A stretch of DNA of 64,000 nucleotides, from the IMG/VR virus record IMGVR_UViG_3300006077_000002, positions 1 to 64,000 of that record. One strand, 5' to 3'. Source of the DNA: a virus. The notes below the pieces were generated by a model, which saw only the letters and a list, made by a program, of their open reading frames with translations, had not been told where the DNA came from and did no database searches. Below, piece after piece: positions 1 to 7,139 of this stretch (its first letter is position 1; every line of letters begins with the position of its first letter). The position numbers and the translations under genes were made by a program.

Positions 1-228
1 CAGATTGCATTCAACTTTGCAAGAACTGCCGCCAATAGGCACACAGTCCAAGACAATGCTTGGCATACAATTAAATGGGGAGTAGCTGTACAGTGCCTAT
101 GGCTTGCAACAAACTACTTAGGTATCAAAGCAATGTTTGAACATGACTACTTAGTAGTCTTATTCTATGTTCTCGGAGGAGCCGTAGGAACATATCTAGC
201 ATTTAAAATAAAAATTAAGGAAAATTAA
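1..228 (+). CDS. Partial (5'-truncated) small membrane protein
   Basis: Frame 1 is open from base 1 to TAA at 226-228: QIAFNFARTAANRHTVQDNAWHTIKWGVAVQCLWLATNYLGIKAMFEHDYLVVLFYVLGGAVGTYLAFKIKIKEN; hydrophobic segments. Confidence 0.65.
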   Translation, partial: QIAFNFARTAANRHTVQDNAWHTIKWGVAVQCLWLATNYLGIKAMFEHDYLVVLFYVLGGAVGTYLAFKIKIKEN

Positions 229-229
229 A

Positions 230-772
230 ATGAGTTTAACACTAAGAATCGCACTACAATCAACACTAGATGAGGCAGGACTTGACCTGCTACACACAGG
301 AATTAACCAAACAACAAAAGCTCTGACAATTGTTGGGAGCTGTGGAAAACCGTTAGTAAGTATTAATGGTATTATGTTTGGGTCTAAAAATCCTACAATG
401 AAAGAGATTAGTTATGCCTCTGAGCTATTCAAACAGTTTATCACTGACTACTCTTCAGACCTTACTGATTTCATAGCAGAAAGTAAAGAGTTAAAGATGC
501 TTGAAGATTCTCTACCCACATTACCTATGGGATATACACCATCTGGTAGTGTAATCTCCTTAAGCTTAGAGGATGGTGCACAAAAAGGTTCTGTATATCC
601 TGATGGACGACTATCAGTTACTGGGCCTAGAGATATTGTCACAATACAAGCTCTGGTAACTATGAGCCAAGAACCAGTAGTTACTGAGTACTTTACAAAG
701 GCAAGAGAAATTGCAGACCGTAGAGGTGATTTACGAAAATCACAACAAAAGCTAACTTCCTGTGATATTTAA
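230..772 (+). CDS. Hypothetical protein (180 aa)
   Basis: ORF with AAGGA RBS upstream; no recognised motif. Confidence 0.7.
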   Translation: MSLTLRIALQSTLDEAGLDLLHTGINQTTKALTIVGSCGKPLVSINGIMFGSKNPTMKEISYASELFKQFITDYSSDLTDFIAESKELKMLEDSLPTLPMGYTPSGSVISLSLEDGAQKGSVYPDGRLSVTGPRDIVTIQALVTMSQEPVVTEYFTKAREIADRRGDLRKSQQKLTSCDI

Positions 773-801
773 GCAGGTTTTAAGCATAGTTTGGGTATAA
801 T
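769..801 (+). promoter_or_regulatory. Sigma70-type promoter for the phosphoesterase-RT-ncRNA-nrd block
   Basis: TTAAGCAGGTTTTAAGCATAGTTTGGGTATAAT; the same 33-nt architecture recurs at 18659-18691 and 58966-58998. Confidence 0.75.
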
Positions 802-897
802 GATACCATAGGTTTTTTAATTATTAAATTATTTTAAAGCTATTAAGTTTCTTTCCGCTTGGTTGGAAAGCCTTAACACAATTTTTGAGGAGAGCTA

Positions 898-1704
898 ATG
901 AAGACAATAGATTTCATAAGTGATATCCATGCAGACTTCTACAATCTTAAGACGAAACCTAAGATAGAGAAGTTTGTATTAGATAAACTAAAGCCTAAAG
1001 GTTCAAGCACTTTGATAATTGCTGGTGACTTAGGGCATTACAACAAGATGGACTTGGCAGTCCTTAAGGAACTTCGTAACTACTACGAGCATATTGTATT
1101 GGTATGTGGGAACCATGACCGTTACCTAGTAAGTAAATCTCAGCAATCTAAGTATGAATATAAAAGTCAGGCTAGAGTAGATGACATGAAAAAACTTTGT
1201 GCAGCAGAGACAGGTATCTATTACTTAGATGGAGGAGTTATAGATATAGAAGGAACTACAATTGCTGGTGTTGGCTATTGGTATGACTCACCAATTGACC
1301 AATGGCGTAAGGAGATGAATGATTCAAGACTTATTATGGAGTGTGTACCTTATTATGTACCACAAGTATATGGAGAGTCAATAGTAGAGACAGGGTTCAA
1401 TACCAAAGAACATTATTTAAAGGAGAAAGAAAAGCTCAAGGGCTTACCTAAAACTAATGTATTGGTTTCACATATATGCCCAACACTACTAGACCTATAC
1501 CAAATGCCACAGCAATATCACGATGACCCCAACAATGTATTTTTCCAGAACACAGATGGTGGCTTAGTTAAAGCTCCACTATGTATCTTTGGACATACTC
1601 ACGACATCTATGATTTTGAGGACCAAGGTACAAGATATGTGGCTAACCCATTGGGGTATCCATCAGAAAGTAAAGGAAGAGAAATAAGGAGTATAGACAT
1701 ATGA
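898..1704 (+). CDS. Calcineurin-like metallophosphoesterase
   Basis: Motifs SDIH, AGDLG, GNHD, SHICP, FGHTH, NPLGY; stop overlaps the RT start (ATGA). Confidence 0.9.
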   Translation: MKTIDFISDIHADFYNLKTKPKIEKFVLDKLKPKGSSTLIIAGDLGHYNKMDLAVLKELRNYYEHIVLVCGNHDRYLVSKSQQSKYEYKSQARVDDMKKLCAAETGIYYLDGGVIDIEGTTIAGVGYWYDSPIDQWRKEMNDSRLIMECVPYYVPQVYGESIVETGFNTKEHYLKEKEKLKGLPKTNVLVSHICPTLLDLYQMPQQYHDDPNNVFFQNTDGGLVKAPLCIFGHTHDIYDFEDQGTRYVANPLGYPSESKGREIRSIDI

Positions 1705-2426
1705 CATACAAAGAATACCTAATCCCCAAGAAAGGTGGAAAATTCAGAAAGATTGTAGCTCCAGATGCTGAACTTAAACAAGCATTAAGAGCAGAATTAC
1801 CAGACCTCAATAAGTATTTTGAAAAGTACTCAAAGATGTTTGGAGTACGTAACCAGATACATGGGTTTGTTCATAAACGAAATGTAAAGTCTGCAGCTAA
1901 AGAGCACATAGGTTATCCTCATACAATTATGATGGACATATCAGCGTTCTTTGATACTGTAACACGAGAAGATATCCCCTATTCGCTTAGGAAAGATATT
2001 ATGTTTCATAAAGAAGGATATACACCGCAAGGATTTCCAACAAGCCCAGTGCTTGCAAATATTGCAGTGGTACCAATTATGTCAAAGATTAAAAGAAACC
2101 TAAACCAAGTAATAGGTAAAGGACAATATGCAATAACTATTTATGCGGATGACATTCAAGTGTCTATCAAAACCAAAGAAGTTATTGCCTCAGTTATAGA
2201 TGTAGTCACCAAAGAATTTACCGATGGTGGCTTTAGCATCAACAAAAGAAAGACCAGAGTTAGACATGCTCAGTATGGGTATCGTAGAATTTTAGGTATC
2301 AATGTAGGAGATAAAGTTCTTCAGCCAACACGTAAGACCTTAAGAAAACTTAGGGCTGCAAAGCACCAGAAGAACTCTAATTCTGCAGGTGGTCTTGCCT
2401 CATGGGCTAGTCACATAACAAAGTAA
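1701..2426 (+). CDS. Minimal retron-type reverse transcriptase (241 aa)
   Basis: IPKKGGKFRKIVAP (domain 1), HGFVHKRNVKSAAKEH (retron region X NAxxH-like), MDISAFFDTV, PQGFPTSPVLAN, catalytic YADD, INKRKTR, RILGINV (region Y VTG-like). Confidence 0.93.
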   Translation: MTYKEYLIPKKGGKFRKIVAPDAELKQALRAELPDLNKYFEKYSKMFGVRNQIHGFVHKRNVKSAAKEHIGYPHTIMMDISAFFDTVTREDIPYSLRKDIMFHKEGYTPQGFPTSPVLANIAVVPIMSKIKRNLNQVIGKGQYAITIYADDIQVSIKTKEVIASVIDVVTKEFTDGGFSINKRKTRVRHAQYGYRRILGINVGDKVLQPTRKTLRKLRAAKHQKNSNSAGGLASWASHITK

Positions 2427-2624
2427 TTACTAGAAAGAACTTATAGGTAGTTGTAGGGAGGCGTATCGCCCCTGTCAATTTTCCAACTACCATCGGTAAG
2501 TTCAAATTTTCCTTGAGGGGAAAAATTTGAGACTTATCCCCCAGAAACAGGGACCTGAAGAGACCAGTGGCGGAATGCCAGGGGCCCTTCAGCAGCAAGT
2601 CCTGATTCATTCGGTAGTAATTAC
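2423..2624 (+). ncRNA. Retron-like msr/msd unit 1
   Basis: Closing inverted repeat GTAATTACTA 2423-2432 / TAGTAATTAC 2615-2624; G2433 opposite G2614; conserved 21-mer 2455-2475 inside stem 2446-2453/2484-2491; hairpins 2495-2538 and 2548-2604. Confidence 0.75.
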
Positions 2625-2887
2625 ACCCACAAATACAGTAGCTAAGAACTATAGAATAAGGTAGGGAGGCGTATCGCCCCTGTTAACTAACATCTTATTC
2701 ACTGATAGTTCGATTCTTGCGTTACTCTACAGAATCGAACTATCCTGCTAAGGATTCCTAACGCCGCACTGGGACCCTGTTATTATACAATATAATTAAT
2801 AGCAAAATCGTACTGTATTTGTGGACATATCTATACCATAGTAGCTACGAGCTACACGAATAGGGCAGGGAGGCGTATCGCCCCTGT
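2455..2887 (+). repeat. Three identical 21-nt repeats AGGGAGGCGTATCGCCCCTGT
   Basis: Exact copies at 2455-2475, 2663-2683 and 2867-2887 (spacing 208 and 204 nt). Confidence 0.97.
2627..2824 (+). ncRNA. Retron-like msr/msd unit 2
   Basis: Perfect 14-bp inverted repeat CCACAAATACAGTA 2627-2640 / TACTGTATTTGTGG 2811-2824; TAGC context with G2641 opposite G2810; 21-mer 2663-2683; perfect 14-bp hairpin 2704-2717/2731-2744. Confidence 0.85.
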
Positions 2888-3029
2888 TAACTAACGTCTT
2901 ATTCACTATTAGCTCATCGCCTTCACTAGCATCTACGGCGATGAGCTAATTGCATCCAGGGACCCAGCTGCTGCAGCTGGTTACCAGAACAGGATATAAT
3001 AAAAGTGCTATGGTATAGCTATGTCCACA
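2820..3029 (+). ncRNA. Retron-like msr/msd unit 3
   Basis: 24-bp inverted repeat 2820-2843 / 3006-3029 (one mismatch, one G-U); TAGC context with G2844 opposite G3005; 21-mer 2867-2887; perfect 14-bp hairpin 2908-2921/2937-2950. Confidence 0.85.
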
Positions 3030-3050
3030 TCGGGCAATAAAGGAGAAAAC

Positions 3051-3464
3051 ATAGAAGTATTAAAAGAAATCGTTGACTGGAATATTGAGCGTTCCCTAGA
3101 CCAAAAACCACATAGCCGTTCAGGAGCTAATCGTATGCTTATTGAGGAGCTATTAGAGTTCAATGGTATAGAGGATGAGGCAATGTTAGATTCATTATCT
3201 GCACAAATTTCAGCAGGTCCTCCAGTTACAGAAGATGAAAAAGTAGATGCACTTTGTGACATAATTGTTATCGCCACAGGTGAACTACTTAAGTTGGGGT
3301 ACGACCCTCAGCTTGCAATGGCAGAAACACTACGAGAAATCAATAGTAGAACAGGAGCTTTCAACAAAGAGTCTGGTAAATGGGAGAAATATAAAACTCC
3401 AGAAGCTCAAGCACTGTGGTACACAGCTGCATATGGAACAACTAAAAGGAATGGAAATGGCTAA
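3051..3464 (+). CDS. MazG-like / all-alpha NTP pyrophosphohydrolase
   Basis: EELLE...DALCDIIVIATG...GYDP motif; likely ATA start at 3051 behind AAGGAG (the ATG at 3021 lies in the ncRNA stem and has no RBS). Confidence 0.7.
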   Translation: MEVLKEIVDWNIERSLDQKPHSRSGANRMLIEELLEFNGIEDEAMLDSLSAQISAGPPVTEDEKVDALCDIIVIATGELLKLGYDPQLAMAETLREINSRTGAFNKESGKWEKYKTPEAQALWYTAAYGTTKRNGNG

Positions 3465-3678
3465 ACGAATGGAGTTCGTAGATACAACTAACCCAGAGTT
3501 CAAAGATATGATTGGACAGACAACAGATAATTGGAGCATTGGGAATAGGGTGTGGTTTAATGACTTCCGTACCAGTGTAATCAAAGAGATTCAGTATGAG
3601 CTTGAAGAAGATATTCGGACTCAGCTCTTAACAGTTAAGACGTTATACAGCGTTTACAAATTTAGATTGGAAATATAA
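3457..3678 (+). CDS. Hypothetical protein (~73 aa)
   Basis: ATG 3457 behind AAGGA; the 3' part of the 3265-3678 ORF. Confidence 0.6.
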   Translation: MAKRMEFVDTTNPEFKDMIGQTTDNWSIGNRVWFNDFRTSVIKEIQYELEEDIRTQLLTVKTLYSVYKFRLEI

Positions 3679-3687
3679 GGAGAAACC

Positions 3688-5460
3688 ATTTATATAAAAA
3701 TAGAACCGAGCAGAGAAGAGAACTTTGACGAGAACTCACTACGTCTTCTCAAGGCTCATTACCTGAAGCCAACTGAAACATTGGCTCAAGAAGCATTGGC
3801 ACGTACAGCAATGTGCTACGACGGGGGAGACCCAGCATTAGCACAGAGAATTTACGATTACGCTTCCAAGAAGTACATTGGGTTCGCCAGCCCAGTGATT
3901 AGTAATGCAATTGCTAAGAAGACACCAGAAGAATTCCCTAAGATGAAAGCACTACCTATTAGTTGCTACGTACAGCACGTACCAAACAGCATCAAGGGGT
4001 TGTGTGAGCATACAACTGAAGAGCGTTATGCTTCAGTTCGTGGTGCAGGGATTGGTGCTAACTGGTCAGCAGTACAATCAACTGACAAGAAAGCACCTGG
4101 AGTTATTTCCTTTCTCCATACAGTTGACTCAGATATGGTCAGCTATAAACAAGGGAGTACACGCCGAGCTAGTTATGGTGGGTATCTTCTAGTAAATCAC
4201 CCAGAGATTATTCAATTTATTAAGATGAGAATTCCTGAAGGTGATATCAACCGCCAAAACCTTAACCTACATCACGGTGTAACTATAACAGATGAGTTTA
4301 TAGATGCAGTGGATAACGATTTGCAGATGGAGTTGATAGACCCAAATGACGGAAGAGTAACTGATACTGTTTCTGCTCGTTATATTTGGGAACTAATTCT
4401 CGATACACGATTCAGAACAGGAGAGCCTTACCTTTTCCACAAAGATGAGGCTAATCGTCACTTACCACAACTACAAAAAGATAAAGGACTGGAAGTTAAA
4501 AGCTCCAACCTATGTTCAGAAATTATGTTGGCAACAGATGATGAGCGTTCAGCAGTTTGTGTATTGTCAAGTCTTAACCTTGATAAGTATGATGAATGGA
4601 AAGACCAACCAGTTGTAGCAGATATGATTACGTTTTTGGACAATGTTCTGACAGTGTTCATAGATAATGTTGAGGATGCGTTACACAAGGCCCGTTACAG
4701 TGCCCAGAGAGAGCGTTCTCTTGGATTAGGTACTATGGGCTGGGTTGACTATTTACAACGCTCAGGGATAGCTATTGAGTCACCTATGGCAATTGGTGCA
4801 GCACACAGAGTCTTCAGTGATATTAAGAATAAAGCTGAAGAACAAACAATAAAGCTTGGACTTGAACGTGGACAGCCAGAAGATATTGTAGGGTCAGGAC
4901 GCAGAAATGCCCACCTACTTGCTGGAGCTCCAACATCAAACAATGCAGTAATTACTGGAGTAAGTCCAGCATGTGAGGTGAGACAATCCAATTGGTTCAT
5001 TCAGAAAACTCGCATTGGTTCACTGTTCATTAAAAATCCTGTACTAGAAGATGTACTTGAAGAGATGAATATGAATACGGAAGAGGTATGGGAGCAGATT
5101 AAACTTGCCAAAGGCTCTGTTCAAGACCTTGACTTCCTTACTCCAGGACAGAAAGAACTTTTCAAAACTGCTCGTGAAGTTGACCAGAGATATGTAATTG
5201 ATAATGCAAGAGTTCGTCAGTTATATATTGACCAAGGACAAAGTACAAACATTAACTTTGAATTTGGTGCTGACAAAGAGTATGTCAATCAAGTACATCG
5301 CCGAGCATTCACCCCTGTTGGAGTTGGAGCTCCACTTAAATCCTTGTATTACTGTAAGAGCGGGGCTGCATCCGATGTAGTTAACAGCTCTCAGAAAGTA
5401 ATTCGTAATCCCTTGAAAGATGGAGAAGGATTTGAGGAGTGTGTTTCATGCGGAGGCTAG
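3688..5460 (+). CDS. nrdA: Class Ia ribonucleotide reductase alpha subunit (no ATP cone)
   Basis: PISC, SNLCSEI, VCVLSS, APTSNN, DQGQS, KSLYY and C-terminal CVSC; the frame extends upstream of the TTG at 3781 to ATT 3688 behind AAGGAG. Confidence 0.95.
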   Translation: MYIKIEPSREENFDENSLRLLKAHYLKPTETLAQEALARTAMCYDGGDPALAQRIYDYASKKYIGFASPVISNAIAKKTPEEFPKMKALPISCYVQHVPNSIKGLCEHTTEERYASVRGAGIGANWSAVQSTDKKAPGVISFLHTVDSDMVSYKQGSTRRASYGGYLLVNHPEIIQFIKMRIPEGDINRQNLNLHHGVTITDEFIDAVDNDLQMELIDPNDGRVTDTVSARYIWELILDTRFRTGEPYLFHKDEANRHLPQLQKDKGLEVKSSNLCSEIMLATDDERSAVCVLSSLNLDKYDEWKDQPVVADMITFLDNVLTVFIDNVEDALHKARYSAQRERSLGLGTMGWVDYLQRSGIAIESPMAIGAAHRVFSDIKNKAEEQTIKLGLERGQPEDIVGSGRRNAHLLAGAPTSNNAVITGVSPACEVRQSNWFIQKTRIGSLFIKNPVLEDVLEEMNMNTEEVWEQIKLAKGSVQDLDFLTPGQKELFKTAREVDQRYVIDNARVRQLYIDQGQSTNINFEFGADKEYVNQVHRRAFTPVGVGAPLKSLYYCKSGAASDVVNSSQKVIRNPLKDGEGFEECVSCGG

Positions 5461-5654
5461 AAGACGGAGAAGAGTACTACTCAATTGGTGCTCTTCAAGC
5501 TCGTTCTGGAATTGAGGTATGGACATGGACAGGAGATAGATACGACCAAATTCGTGAGAATATGGGAATAGTATTTACAAACCTACAGGATGCAGTAGAC
5601 CTGGTTAAACTATTAAAGGAGCGTAAAGATGCGATGGATAATCTACAAGATTGA
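5439..5654 (+). CDS. Hypothetical protein
   Basis: Short ORF between nrdA and nrdB, GAGGAG upstream. Confidence 0.55.
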   Translation: MCFMRRLEDGEEYYSIGALQARSGIEVWTWTGDRYDQIRENMGIVFTNLQDAVDLVKLLKERKDAMDNLQD

Positions 5655-5770
5655 TGATGGCGGAAAGAGAAAGATGTATGTTATAGATAATGAAGCAGAG
5701 GCATTCGCAATAAGAGAAGACCTTGAGTCTACTAAACCTGCTAATGTGGAATATCAATTGGAGAGAAGCT

Positions 5771-6718
5771 ATGGGGGTTTATAAAGCAGAACCAACCTAC
5801 CTCCCGTATAAGTACCCACAGTTTGAGGACATCCGCTCCAAACATGAACTATTACACTGGGTAACAGAAGAGATTGATTGGAGTCAAGACGTACTTCATT
5901 GGGGTACGTTAATGACTGCAGATGAGAAGATTGCAATGGAGAGAGTTATCTCTCTGTTCACACAATCTGATTATCGTGTTGGAGGAATGTACCTTGATAA
6001 TCTAATTCCTACTTTTGCTAACTCAGAAATTAGAGGAATGCTTACATCATTTGCTGGACGAGAGTTTGAGCATATGAAAATGTATAGCCATGTAGGTACA
6101 ACTCTTGGATTCTCTGATAGCTATTGGAAAGAGTTCCTAGATTCAGAAGCAACTAAGGCAAAAGATGATATGATGGGTGCAGAAATTGACCCTGCCATAT
6201 CTGATGGTATTAAGTTGTGGAAGAACATTCTAAGTGAAGGTGTAAGCCTGTTTGGAATGTTTGGTATTCTTCGCTCCTTTGAAGTTCGTGGCTTAATGCT
6301 AGGAATGGCAACAGGAAATGCTTGGTCAATGAGAGATGAACAAGTGCATACAGATGGGTTAATAGAACTATTCAGAGTCTGGGCACAAGAAAATCCAAAG
6401 GCAATTACAAATAGTTTCAAAAAGATTCTATACAATATGGCACGAGAGGTAGTTCGTCTTGAACATAACTTCATTGACTATGCCCTGCTAGGTATTAAAG
6501 TTGAAGGTATCACAGAGCAAGAGCTAAAAGATTACATAGAGTTTCTATGTGACAGAAGACTTATTGAAATAGGACTTAAAGGAAACTTTAAAAGAACTAA
6601 AGACCCAATGCCTTGGCTATCCGATTTGGTTAGTGCAGATGCATCGGTGAACTTTTTTGAACAAAAACCAACAGAATACAGCGTAAATGGTATGACAGGA
6701 GAATACAAATATGACTAG
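5771..6718 (+). CDS. nrdB: Class Ia ribonucleotide reductase beta subunit
   Basis: W..EEIDW..D, FTQSD, EFEHMKMY (radical Tyr), SEG, RDEQVH, NFFEQKPTEY; probable start ATG 5771. Confidence 0.95.
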   Translation: MGVYKAEPTYLPYKYPQFEDIRSKHELLHWVTEEIDWSQDVLHWGTLMTADEKIAMERVISLFTQSDYRVGGMYLDNLIPTFANSEIRGMLTSFAGREFEHMKMYSHVGTTLGFSDSYWKEFLDSEATKAKDDMMGAEIDPAISDGIKLWKNILSEGVSLFGMFGILRSFEVRGLMLGMATGNAWSMRDEQVHTDGLIELFRVWAQENPKAITNSFKKILYNMAREVVRLEHNFIDYALLGIKVEGITEQELKDYIEFLCDRRLIEIGLKGNFKRTKDPMPWLSDLVSADASVNFFEQKPTEYSVNGMTGEYKYD

Positions 6719-6812
6719 TGGAATTATATGGTCTGTATGTAAATTCTGTGGTGCTTTGGTTGACTCAAGAGATATGACATGCTCACGCTGTAGCAACAAA
6801 GGACCATAACAA

Positions 6813-7139
6813 ATGTATGATTTTGATAACGACCAACTGGGAGTCTTTGAGTTTGAACAAACTTACGCAGAAGACTTAGAAACAATGGCAAATTTTGAGG
6901 CACAAGATGAAATCGTAGCCTCACTTGAATCACTTTATGATGATGAGCTTACAAAACTAGCAGAACTTGTAGAAGCAGAAGACGCAGGAAAACTTAGAGA
7001 ATACTTTAATGATTTTTATGGTGTGTTTGAAGTTGCTTGTGACGATGAGTTCAATGCGGAGGCTGAGATAATTATGGAGACTATCCTTACTGACAGAGGA
7101 TTACCAACTATAGAGGAGATTGAAGATGGTAGTATATGA
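6813..7139 (+). CDS. Small, very acidic protein (candidate DNA mimic)
   Basis: 108 aa with 33 D/E versus 4 K/R. Confidence 0.6.
   Translation: MYDFDNDQLGVFEFEQTYAEDLETMANFEAQDEIVASLESLYDDELTKLAELVEAEDAGKLREYFNDFYGVFEVACDDEFNAEAEIIMETILTDRGLPTIEEIEDGSI

Noticed and set aside
1701-2426. RT as DGR or group II intron RT
   Set aside because: It has QGFPTSP rather than the DGR-type GxxxSQ; no Avd gene or adenine-mutated TR/VR pair was seen; it is too short for a group II intron RT and lacks maturase/endonuclease domains.
2407-2610. Minus-strand 67-aa ORF over ncRNA unit 1
   Set aside because: Antisense to a plus-strand operon with no RBS; better explained by RNA structure.
2455-2887. CRISPR array interpretation of the three 21-nt repeats
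   Set aside because: Spacers would be about 185 nt and are themselves structured; there are no cas genes; the units are closed by retron-like inverted repeats.
3265-3456. N-terminal extension of the 3265-3678 ORF
   Set aside because: Overlaps the MazG-like gene; the RBS supports a start at 3457.
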